Origin: an uncultured Nitrososphaerota archaeon
Lineage (GTDB): Archaea; Korarchaeota; Korarchaeia; Korarchaeales; Korarchaeaceae
Assembly: GCA_964525965.1 (NCBI GenBank)
Contig: CAZGKA010000016.1
Coordinates: forward strand, 1-48,008
DNA: 48,008 nt
Direction of reading: 5' to 3'
Shown here: piece by piece, positions 17,899 through 25,825 of the stretch
Position numbering within the stretch: position 1 is the stretch's first letter
How the letters are laid out: each line of letters begins with the position of its first letter
Notes under the pieces: generated by a model
What the model saw: the letters and a program-made list of their open reading frames with translations, nothing else
Databases searched by the model: none
What the model was told of the DNA's origin: nothing
Made by a program: the position numbers and the translations under genes

Positions 17899-18027
17899 AG
17901 TCCTGTGCGCCGGCACTCTGTTGTGGAAAGCGTTCGGGGCACCACAGCTCACTCGAAATTGAAGCTAAGCTCCTCTTTTCGAATGGGGGTGTTCTCCTCC
18001 ATCCGATGACGTGGCGGCTGGGACTGA
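17899..18027 (+). ncRNA. Candidate structured small ncRNA (unassigned family)
   Basis: Non-coding, relatively GC-rich gap between divergent promoters. Pairings 17899-17905/18019-18025, 17920-17926/17942-17948 and 17979-17989/17996-18006; G-U pairs favour the + strand; ends in CTGA. Confidence 0.4.
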
Positions 18028-18074
18028 AAAGGGAAGGTTAAATAACGAGCGAAGCTCTTCTCCTTGGTGTCCTA

Positions 18075-18476
18075 ATGGAGATTATGGTTCGTGTAACGGG
18101 CATATCTGCCGAGAGGCTCGTTGATCCGCATGCAGATCTTCCTAGGGATCTCAGGATAACTGTGAACGTAAACGTTCAGAGGTTTCCAAAAAACGGCGAC
18201 GTCAGGACTTCAACCTTCGTCATGGATGTGTCCTACACGCCTCCGATAGCCAGGGTGACCGTCAGGGGGAACGTGTACGTGAGGGGCGAGGAACCGGAGC
18301 TCAAGAAGCTGGACGGCAAGACCCCTCCCGCTGAGGTGATGCAGGCGGTGACCACGGTGGCCCTCACGGAGGTGTTCATAGTTTGCAGATCTATAGGAGT
18401 TCCGCCCCCCATGCCTCCTCTGGTTCCACCGAAACAGGAGGAGAAGAGAGGAGAGGAGCTGGATTACTCCGCCTGA
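18075..18476 (+). CDS. Conserved archaeal hypothetical protein, possibly SecB-like fold
   Basis: Four amphipathic beta-strands, then helices, then G-x-PPP-x-P, the SecB topology; TATA-like GGTTAAATA about 30 nt upstream. Confidence 0.7.
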   Translation: MEIMVRVTGISAERLVDPHADLPRDLRITVNVNVQRFPKNGDVRTSTFVMDVSYTPPIARVTVRGNVYVRGEEPELKKLDGKTPPAEVMQAVTTVALTEVFIVCRSIGVPPPMPPLVPPKQEEKRGEELDYSA

Positions 18477-19099
18477 AAGGCGGTTTTGATCTCCACGTTC
18501 ACACAGTGTACTCAGAGGACGCCTTCATAAAACCTGAGGACCTTGTCAAGAGGGCTGCCCTGCTGGGCTTGGAGGGCGTGGCGATCACCGACCACAACGA
18601 GATCAAGGGTGCCCTCAGGGCTATGGAGCTCGCCAAGGAGCTCGACCTCAAGATCATACCCGGAGAAGAGGTGAGAACCGCCGGGGGGGATCTCCTGATC
18701 TACAACATAGAGGAGAGGATAGACCCGGGGATGTCGGTCGAGGAGACCATCGAAGTGGCTAGGGAGCTGGGAGGAGTGGTGGTGATACCCCACCCCTTCG
18801 ACTCTCTCAGGAGGGAGGCCCTCGGGGGGGAAGCGTATCGGTGCATCAGAATGGTCGACGCCGTGGAGATCGTGAACGGAAGGTCGTTGTCGAGAGACAA
18901 TGAGAAGGCGCGCCTGCTGGCCCAGGAGTTCAACAAGCCGGGCATAGGTGGAAGCGACGCCCACCTCCTGCGCGAGCTCGGCAGGGTGAGAACTTTTCTT
19001 GAAGGGGACGATCTGCTGCGACCTATTAAAATAGAGATGAACAGGCCCCCGACCTTTCTGTTGGACATGTTCCTGTCCCTCCTCAGGAAGATCATCTGA
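18473..19099 (+). CDS. PHP-domain metal-dependent phosphoesterase
   Basis: DLHVHT-x-YS-x-D, AITDHN, GEE, PHP, GGSDAH. Start set at CTG 18473 (see findings); the track start is TTG 18383. Confidence 0.88.
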   Translation: MKGGFDLHVHTVYSEDAFIKPEDLVKRAALLGLEGVAITDHNEIKGALRAMELAKELDLKIIPGEEVRTAGGDLLIYNIEERIDPGMSVEETIEVARELGGVVVIPHPFDSLRREALGGEAYRCIRMVDAVEIVNGRSLSRDNEKARLLAQEFNKPGIGGSDAHLLRELGRVRTFLEGDDLLRPIKIEMNRPPTFLLDMFLSLLRKII

Positions 19100-19106
19100 T
19101 CTTTTT

Positions 19107-19559
19107 ATGGTCGGCCGGGAGGTAACAGGGAGGTGGTCATTCGTGAGAACCCTTGGGCTGAAGAGGGTACATGTAATCAGGCTCGAGGAAGGAGACGAGC
19201 TCATGAGCGAGCTGGAGAGAATTGCCAGTTCTCTGGACATAAGGGGAGCCCTTGTTAACGGGATAGGGGGAGTGGACAGGGCTAGGGTGGCCGTGTTCGA
19301 TCCGGAGAAGGGAGAGTACAGGATCCGAGAGGTCACCGGATTTCACGAGATGGCCTCCATGATAGGAAACATCTCTAGGAAAGCTGATGGAACGATCGCT
19401 CTCCACGTGCACGTTGTTCTGGGATCTGAAGATGAGGTCATCGCGGGACATCTGGTGGAAGCTCGGGTTAGGGGAACAGCTGAGCTTTTCATACTGGAGG
19501 TCGACGGTGAGCTGAGGAGGACGCTGAAAAAGGGAAGATTAACTCTGCTTGACGTCTGA
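19107..19559 (+). CDS. PPC-domain (DUF296) protein
   Basis: RL-x-x-G-x-EL, GIGG, E-x-x-S-x-x-GN, H-x-H, AGHL motifs. Confidence 0.85.
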   Translation: MVGREVTGRWSFVRTLGLKRVHVIRLEEGDELMSELERIASSLDIRGALVNGIGGVDRARVAVFDPEKGEYRIREVTGFHEMASMIGNISRKADGTIALHVHVVLGSEDEVIAGHLVEARVRGTAELFILEVDGELRRTLKKGRLTLLDV

Positions 19560-20438
19560 TCCTGGTTTTAGTTCCTCAAGAACTGCTTTTACTGTCTCGA
19601 CAAGATCCATCAGCTCATCCATAATCTCTCCTCTCCTTCTCAGAACTTTTTCGCACTCCTCTGTGAGGACGGACAAGTTCAGGTTCACCGGCGTTATCGA
19701 GACGGCCCGCTCAACGGCCAAAGCATAGTAATCAGTCCCCTTCATGTCATCGGTCACGCTGAGAGGGTTGCTCCCTATCCAGTAGTAGGGCTTGCCCCTG
19801 GGATCTATTCTCTCCAAAATGTAGTTCTCGAACTTCATCCTCGCCATCCTGGTTATCTTCACCTGGGTGTCCGACGATATCCTTATGGGGAAGTTCACAT
19901 TGAGCAGATCAGTTCCCTCGGGAAGTTTTCCCCTCTCCAAGATCCAGTTCACAATTTCTGCGGCTACCCTTGCTTGGTTCCTGAACTTGTCAACTGGTCT
20001 TGGCTCCTCCTCCTGAGGGATCTCAACGCTGAACGCTGCCGAAGGGACTCCGAGCAGGGCTCCCTGTATGGCGGCAGCGATCGTTCCGCTGGTGAACAGG
20101 TTATCAACCGTTATGTTGTCTCCCACGTTTATCCCCGAAGCCACGACCTCTGGCTTGTCCTCCATTATGTAGCGCAGGGCGAACGTGACCGTGTCACCAG
20201 GAGTTCCGCTTATCAGGTAGGCAACCTTATATCCATGCTTCCTGAGCTTAGTTGGTATCTTCCACATCCTCAACGGCTTGTGGATGGTTATTCCCTTGCC
20301 AGCGGCGCTCATCTCCTTCTCCGGAACAACAGCACAGACATCTATGTCTCCTCTGTCTAGAAGCGCCTCCCAAAACGCTCTGAACGGGGCTGAGTGTATT
20401 CCGTCGTCGTTCGTCAGGAGCATGTTCTTCATGGTCAT
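19539..20438 (-). CDS. surE: 5'/3'-nucleotidase SurE
   Basis: LTNDDG, SAAG, GTPGD, SGINVGDN, SGT, DPRGKPYYW, SITP. Confidence 0.95.
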   Translation of the reverse strand: MTMKNMLLTNDDGIHSAPFRAFWEALLDRGDIDVCAVVPEKEMSAAGKGITIHKPLRMWKIPTKLRKHGYKVAYLISGTPGDTVTFALRYIMEDKPEVVASGINVGDNITVDNLFTSGTIAAAIQGALLGVPSAAFSVEIPQEEEPRPVDKFRNQARVAAEIVNWILERGKLPEGTDLLNVNFPIRISSDTQVKITRMARMKFENYILERIDPRGKPYYWIGSNPLSVTDDMKGTDYYALAVERAVSITPVNLNLSVLTEECEKVLRRRGEIMDELMDLVETVKAVLEELKPGSDVKQS

Positions 20439-20517
20439 CCCATGAGTTCTCCCTCAAGGCGCTTATAACATCTCCGCGCGTCTCAAGTTTTTAACGTAAG
20501 AGGGAACAGCGTTCTGG

Positions 20518-21651
20518 ATGATACCGATATCAAAGCCATCCCTCGGGGAGGATGAGATAGAGGCTGTTGCTGAGGTCCTGCGAAGTGGAATGCTCGCTCA
20601 ATCGAGCAGAGTGAGGGAGTTCGAGAGGGAGTTCGCTAAATTTATTGGAGTGAAACACGCGATCGCTGTATCGAGCGGGACCGCTGCTCTCCACGTTGCC
20701 CTGATAGCGATGGGTGTCCGTCCTGGCGATAAAGTCATCACAACTCCCCTCACCTTCTTCGCCACAACCTCCTCCATACTCCTGTGCGGCGGTGTTCCTG
20801 TGTACGTGGACGTCGATGAGAGGACGATGAACATGGATCCTGAGATCCTAAGGAGGGCCTACGGTGAAGCTAAGGTCATCCTGCCCGTTCACCTCCATGG
20901 ACATCCGGCGGATATGGATCCTATACTCGAGATCTCAAAGGAGGCTGGATCTGCTGTCTTGGAAGACGCCGCTCAAGCGCACGGAGCTGAGTACAAGGGC
21001 AGAAAAGTTGGCTCCCTTGGTGACGCGGCGATCTTCAGCTTCTATCCCACAAAGAACATGACGACCATAGAGGGTGGTATGATAGTCACCAACGATGACG
21101 AGATAGCTGAGAGAGCGAGGGTGATAAGGGATCAGGGACAGGTCAGGAAGTACCTGCACGAGTACCTCGGCTTTAACTACAGGATGACCGAGGTCAACGC
21201 CGCCGTTGGGCTCGTTCAGCTCAGGAAGCTGGACAAAATGAACCAGAGAAGAGAGGAGATAGCGAGGACTTACATGGAGGAGCTCGACCTCGAGGGCGTG
21301 GAGCTACCCTACGTCGCGCCTTGGGCTAAGCACGCCTGGCATCTCTTCCCTCTCAGGACCTCCGCTGAGAAGAGGGATCTTCTCGTGGAAAAGCTGAACT
21401 CCATGGGCGTGATGGCCAGACCCATCTACCCGATGCCCGTTCAGAAACAGCCTATCATGGCCAAGCTCTCGGATCCGGAGAGGAACTTCCTGTACACCCT
21501 GTTCCCGAGAGATCTCAGGTTCAATGAAACTCCCGTGGCCGAGAGGTTGACGAAGGAGGTCTTCTATATACCGATACATCCTGCGATGAGCGACGACGAC
21601 GTCAACACCGTTGTGAGCACGGTCAAGAAGGCTGTAAGAGAGGTCAGCTAG
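20518..21651 (+). CDS. DegT/DnrJ/EryC1/StrS family sugar aminotransferase
   Basis: SSGTAALH, PVHLHG, EDAAQAHG, SFYPTKNMTT-x-EGG, GFNYRM. Confidence 0.93.
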   Translation: MIPISKPSLGEDEIEAVAEVLRSGMLAQSSRVREFEREFAKFIGVKHAIAVSSGTAALHVALIAMGVRPGDKVITTPLTFFATTSSILLCGGVPVYVDVDERTMNMDPEILRRAYGEAKVILPVHLHGHPADMDPILEISKEAGSAVLEDAAQAHGAEYKGRKVGSLGDAAIFSFYPTKNMTTIEGGMIVTNDDEIAERARVIRDQGQVRKYLHEYLGFNYRMTEVNAAVGLVQLRKLDKMNQRREEIARTYMEELDLEGVELPYVAPWAKHAWHLFPLRTSAEKRDLLVEKLNSMGVMARPIYPMPVQKQPIMAKLSDPERNFLYTLFPRDLRFNETPVAERLTKEVFYIPIHPAMSDDDVNTVVSTVKKAVREVS

Positions 21652-23267
21652 CCCTTGATCTCAAGGACCGCTCTGATGAACCCCATATATGTGGGGTTAG
21701 GTCTGCCCGGTCTGGACTTGTACTCCGGATGGAACTGAACCCCAACGAAGAAGGGATGTCCCTCCACCTCGAAGGCATTTATTATCCTTCCGCTCACATC
21801 CGTAGCGCATATCACGTACCCCTCGTTCCTCATCATCTCGGCGTAGTCCCTTACTATGTGGTACCGATGCCTGAACCTCTCCCTGACGACCTCGCGCCCG
21901 TAAGCCCTGCGCAGAACGCTCCCCTCTACTAGCACCACCTCATGTGACCCGAGCCTCATGGTCCCTCCAAGCCCCTTGATCCCTCTCTGTTCGGGCAACA
22001 GATCCACGACAGGATAGGGCGTTTCCGGATCAAGTTCGGTGCTGTTCGCTCCATCCCAGCCCATCTTGTTCCTGGCGAAGGAGACCGTCATGAGCTGAGC
22101 TCCGAAGCATATCCCCAAGGTGGGAATCCCGGACTCGAACGCCCTCCAAGAAGCCTCTATCATGTTTTCGGTACCCTTCCTTCCAAAGCCCGGGGCCACC
22201 AAAAGTCCGTCCATCTCAGGAAGCCTCGACGTCTCGACGGCATCTATCTTGACCACCTCAAGACCATACCCGAGCTCTCCAGCGGCATGTCTGAGGGCCT
22301 CTATTATGCTTATGTGGACGTCCTTCATCCTCCAGTATTTGCTGAGTATTCCTATCCTCAGTCTACTCTCAGAATCGAACTTGGAGACCGTTCTCACCCA
22401 GTCATCTAGGTAGGGTTTCCTTCTCGATAGACGGAACCGCTCCTCTATGAACCGGCCGAGACCCTCACTTTCGAGGGTTATCGGGACCATATAAACGTTT
22501 TTTTGGTCAGGGGAGCGAAAAACAGCCCTCTCAGGTACGCCAGAATAGAGGGACAGCTTTCTTATCACACTGTCCGAGACGAACTCCTCGCTCCTGACAA
22601 CTATGGCGTCGGGCGGGATTCCCGCGCCGCTGGCTATCCTTATGAACATCTGGGCAGGCTTGGTCTTGTGTTCACCCGTGGTCCTCAGGAAGGGTATGTA
22701 GCTCACGTGTATGTGAACGCACCTCCCCGGGTTCTCATTCCTTATCTGTCTCAGCGCCTCCACAAACGCCTCCGCCTCGTAGTCACCGACCGTTCCTCCG
22801 AGCTCTACTATCAGGAAGTCTGCTCCCTCTCTTTCGGCTGAGAGGTAGATCCTCCTCTTGATCTCATCCACGACGTGGGGAATCAATCTGACGGTCTGCC
22901 CCAGGTACCGCCCCTCTCTCTCCCCGAGTATGACCTGGAGCATGACCTGACCGCTCGTCACGTTGTTCGAGGGATGCATGTTCCTGTTCAGAAACCTCTC
23001 GTAGTGTCCGAAGTCCTCATCTATCTCAGCTATCTTGAAGCAGACCCCCTCGTAGGGGGAGAACTCCCAGACCTCCTCTGTGACGAAGATCTCTCCATGC
23101 TCCACGGGGTTCATGGTTCCGGGGTCCGGATTGAGGTAGGGATCCAGCTTGACCATTGAGACCCTGTAACCTCTGGCCTGAAGTATCTTCCCGACGGAGG
23201 CCGCGACAATTCCCTTTCCGAGTCCGCTGACCACCCCTCCGGTGATGAACACAAAGAAGGTCCGCAT
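21648..23267 (-). CDS. pyrG: CTP synthase
   Basis: TGGVVSGLGKG, KLDPYLN, GHYERF, GGTVGD, KTKP, GICFG (catalytic Cys), ERFRHRY, QFHPE. Confidence 0.96.
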   Translation of the reverse strand: MRTFFVFITGGVVSGLGKGIVAASVGKILQARGYRVSMVKLDPYLNPDPGTMNPVEHGEIFVTEEVWEFSPYEGVCFKIAEIDEDFGHYERFLNRNMHPSNNVTSGQVMLQVILGEREGRYLGQTVRLIPHVVDEIKRRIYLSAEREGADFLIVELGGTVGDYEAEAFVEALRQIRNENPGRCVHIHVSYIPFLRTTGEHKTKPAQMFIRIASGAGIPPDAIVVRSEEFVSDSVIRKLSLYSGVPERAVFRSPDQKNVYMVPITLESEGLGRFIEERFRLSRRKPYLDDWVRTVSKFDSESRLRIGILSKYWRMKDVHISIIEALRHAAGELGYGLEVVKIDAVETSRLPEMDGLLVAPGFGRKGTENMIEASWRAFESGIPTLGICFGAQLMTVSFARNKMGWDGANSTELDPETPYPVVDLLPEQRGIKGLGGTMRLGSHEVVLVEGSVLRRAYGREVVRERFRHRYHIVRDYAEMMRNEGYVICATDVSGRIINAFEVEGHPFFVGVQFHPEYKSRPGRPNPTYMGFIRAVLEIKG

Positions 23268-23333
23268 ATATTAATCCGGAGGAACCTCCTGATAAACCTT
23301 TATCAGCTTAGGGATGGAAGATCCTCCTAGCTG

Positions 23334-23876
23334 GTGGTCGAATTGAACGCGAAGGTCGTCTTCGTCGTGGTGTTCATAATCCTGCTCCTGGCCGGCAGCG
23401 CTGTTCTGATAATACCCTCGCTCGGGGGCTACAACCCCAAGGAATGGCCTGTTCCATCGAGTGGGACTCCTGATCAGGTTCTCGGCAAGTTAAACAGCAC
23501 CCTCAAACTCAGCACGGTTCCGGTCTACGCCACCATAGAGAAGGTTCCCCTCCCGGCCGGCTCGGAGGCCGTGGGCTTCATGGCCAAGTACGACAATGAG
23601 ACTCAGATCTTGGGCGTCGTGGCCAAGCTGAATACTTCAGCCAAGAACCTGGCTCAGCAGGTAATTGGTCTTTATGACGAGCACAGGGATAAGTTCTCCT
23701 CCTTCAAGTACTCCCTCGGAACGAACAACGGCTTTGCAGAGGCCGCGGCGAAGAACCTGGTCTTCAGTCTGTGGTACAAGGATAACTGGCTGATCGAGGT
23801 CCTCTGCTATGGAAAAAATCCTGGAAAGGCGATGGACTATTTCAAGCAGAGCTTCTACAAGGTGATCAACGGATGA
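23334..23876 (+). CDS. Hypothetical membrane-anchored/exported protein
   Basis: N-terminal TM helix, N-x-S/T sequons; ATGA-coupled to the GTPase gene. Confidence 0.75.
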   Translation: MVELNAKVVFVVVFIILLLAGSAVLIIPSLGGYNPKEWPVPSSGTPDQVLGKLNSTLKLSTVPVYATIEKVPLPAGSEAVGFMAKYDNETQILGVVAKLNTSAKNLAQQVIGLYDEHRDKFSSFKYSLGTNNGFAEAAAKNLVFSLWYKDNWLIEVLCYGKNPGKAMDYFKQSFYKVING

Positions 23877-24670
23877 AAATAGCTGGCTGGGGTGAGATAA
23901 AGAGGGCTCTTGACAAGGTGGAGGTCCTGCTTGAGGTCATAGATGCCAGATTCCCCCCGGTCACGAGGAGCGAGAAGCTGGAAAAGTTGGCCAGGGGGAG
24001 AGGAAAGTCCCTCGTTATAGCGATGAACAAGGCCGATCTGGTGCCGAGAAACGTGTTATGGAGATGGAAGGAGGAGATAGAGAACGAGGGAATACTTGCC
24101 TTCCCCGTGAGTGCTAGAAGAAGACTTGGAACGCTGATGCTCAGAAGAGGACTCAAGAGAAGTGCTCCAGAGCTTCCAGCAAAGGTCCTCGTTGCTGGCT
24201 ATCCGAAGGTCGGGAAGAGCTCGATAATAAACGTGCTCAAAGGACGCCACTCAGCCTCCACGAGCTCAGTTCCTGGAAGCCCAGGCTACACAAAGGGCTA
24301 CACTCTGTACAGGATAGACAGAAATCTCTACATACTGGATTCGCCGGGAATACTTCCCGTGGGCGGCTCTCCTCTTGAGAGGATCCTCAGAGGTGCCGAA
24401 CCCGGTGATCTGAAAAATCCGATAGAAGCCGCCCTAGCGCTCATATCGACCGCCTTAGAGTTCGATCCGAACGTCATGGAGAGAACCTACGGGATAAAGA
24501 GCAGGGATCCAACTCACGTGCTCGAGGAGTTTGCATCAAAGAGAGGACTTGTCTTTAAGTCCACGAAGGAGCTCAACATATCTGAGGCGGCCAAGATGCT
24601 CATATCCGACTTTTATAGGGGAAGGTTCAGCTTCTTCATGATCCCTCAGAAGAGGATATACGACACCTGA
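23873..24670 (+). CDS. RbgA/YlqF-family circularly permuted ribosome-biogenesis GTPase
   Basis: DAR-x-P, NKAD (G4) and SA (G5) precede GYPKVGKSS (G1), PGYT (G2) and DSPG (G3). Confidence 0.9.
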   Translation: MKIAGWGEIKRALDKVEVLLEVIDARFPPVTRSEKLEKLARGRGKSLVIAMNKADLVPRNVLWRWKEEIENEGILAFPVSARRRLGTLMLRRGLKRSAPELPAKVLVAGYPKVGKSSIINVLKGRHSASTSSVPGSPGYTKGYTLYRIDRNLYILDSPGILPVGGSPLERILRGAEPGDLKNPIEAALALISTALEFDPNVMERTYGIKSRDPTHVLEEFASKRGLVFKSTKELNISEAAKMLISDFYRGRFSFFMIPQKRIYDT

Positions 24671-24729
24671 GCCCCCGAGGTCCCGGGATAGAACGAGAGT
24701 TTTAAATTTCTCAACCATCTCTAACTCTC

Positions 24730-25473
24730 TTGGTGCCCTTCTTGTCGATAGAGATCGTGGAGATAACTCCCGAGGAGAGATGTGAGACTCTGATCCTGGG
24801 GTTTCCCGGCGTGGGTCTGGTTGGAGTTATATCGACTGACCACATAATAAGGACGGCCAACCTCAAGAGGACCGCAAAGGTGGACTCTAGGGAGTTCCCC
24901 CCAATAGTACGTGTTGTCGACGGGATGGCCGCCGAGCCCATATCCATATACTCAGGTTCGGGCCTTTACGTCATGAAGGGCGATGTTGCCCTCCCGTTGC
25001 AGAGCATAATGGGCCTCATAACGTTCACGCTCGACTGGTTCGCCAAGAAGAAGGGAAGGTTAGCGATTATGATAGAAGGCATAGCGTCGGAGAACAGGCT
25101 GAACAAGGAGAAACCAGAGGTCTTCAAGATATACAGCGGCGAGGAGGCCAAGGAGCTAGCGGACAAGGTGAACGCCAAACCCCTCCCCGAGGGCTTCGTC
25201 TCAGGGCACATAGCCTACTTCATAAGAGAGGCAATATACCGAGGGATCCCAGCTATAGCGATCCTCGTTGAGTGCTTCCCCGCCTATCCGGATCCGGGAG
25301 CAGCTGCCGAAGCGATAGAATCACTGAAACCTGTGATGAAGCTGGACATAGATGTGAATCCTCTGATAGAGAAATCAGAGGTTGTGAGACACAAGATGCG
25401 CGAGCTCATGAGACAGGCAATGCAGGTGGTTCAACAGACTCCGGGCAAAGCTGAAAGTCTGTACATAGGGTGA
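24730..25473 (+). CDS. Proteasome assembly chaperone (PAC2 family)
   Basis: GFPGVGLVG-x-I-x-x-x-H, FPP, PDPGAAA, C-terminal helix ending LYIG. Confidence 0.88.
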   Translation: MVPFLSIEIVEITPEERCETLILGFPGVGLVGVISTDHIIRTANLKRTAKVDSREFPPIVRVVDGMAAEPISIYSGSGLYVMKGDVALPLQSIMGLITFTLDWFAKKKGRLAIMIEGIASENRLNKEKPEVFKIYSGEEAKELADKVNAKPLPEGFVSGHIAYFIREAIYRGIPAIAILVECFPAYPDPGAAAEAIESLKPVMKLDIDVNPLIEKSEVVRHKMRELMRQAMQVVQQTPGKAESLYIG

Positions 25474-25477
25474 GAAT

Positions 25478-25825
25478 ATGGCGGAGAGATGGTATATAAG
25501 GTATCACAGGATGTACTGGGAGGTTCATCCTGAGGAGGAAGTGGTAGAGCCCTTGATGGAGATAAGGATCTCGGGCAAGGAGATCAGGATATGCTTCGAC
25601 ATCCCAGGGGTTGACAAGAGCTCTCTGGACGTTCAAGCGAGCGATAACTCGATAGTCCTCAGGGCCGCCGCCCGCATAGGGGGAAGGACCGTGATATACT
25701 TCAAGCACGTGAACCTCCCAATAGAGATAGATCCGGACAGGGTCAGGGCCAGGTTGACCTCGGGGGTCCTGGAGCTTGTGGCGCCTGTAAGGCCTAGAGG
25801 CTTCAGGAGGGTGAGCGTGGAGTGA
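25478..25825 (+). CDS. Small heat-shock protein (Hsp20/alpha-crystallin)
   Basis: EPL-x-E, DIPGVDK, LP...DP, A-x-L-x-SGVLE. Confidence 0.85.
   Translation: MAERWYIRYHRMYWEVHPEEEVVEPLMEIRISGKEIRICFDIPGVDKSSLDVQASDNSIVLRAAARIGGRTVIYFKHVNLPIEIDPDRVRARLTSGVLELVAPVRPRGFRRVSVE

Noticed and set aside
17899-18025. Calling the intergenic element a 5S rRNA gene
   Set aside because: Length (~127 nt) and a few loop-like words resemble 5S, but helix II/III pairing, loop C length and motif spacing do not fit, and similar words appear on both strands. Left as an unassigned ncRNA candidate.
18512-19336. 274-aa minus-strand ORF
   Set aside because: Fully antisense to the well-supported PHP and PPC genes; composition typical of a shadow frame.
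23873-24670. Circular permutation of GTPase motifs as a novelty
   Set aside because: G4-G5-G1-G2-G3 order is the known hallmark of the YlqF/RbgA family.
25440-25473. HbYX proteasome-activating tail on the PAC2 protein
   Set aside because: The terminus is L-Y-I-G, so Tyr is third from the end, not penultimate; it is not a canonical HbYX motif.
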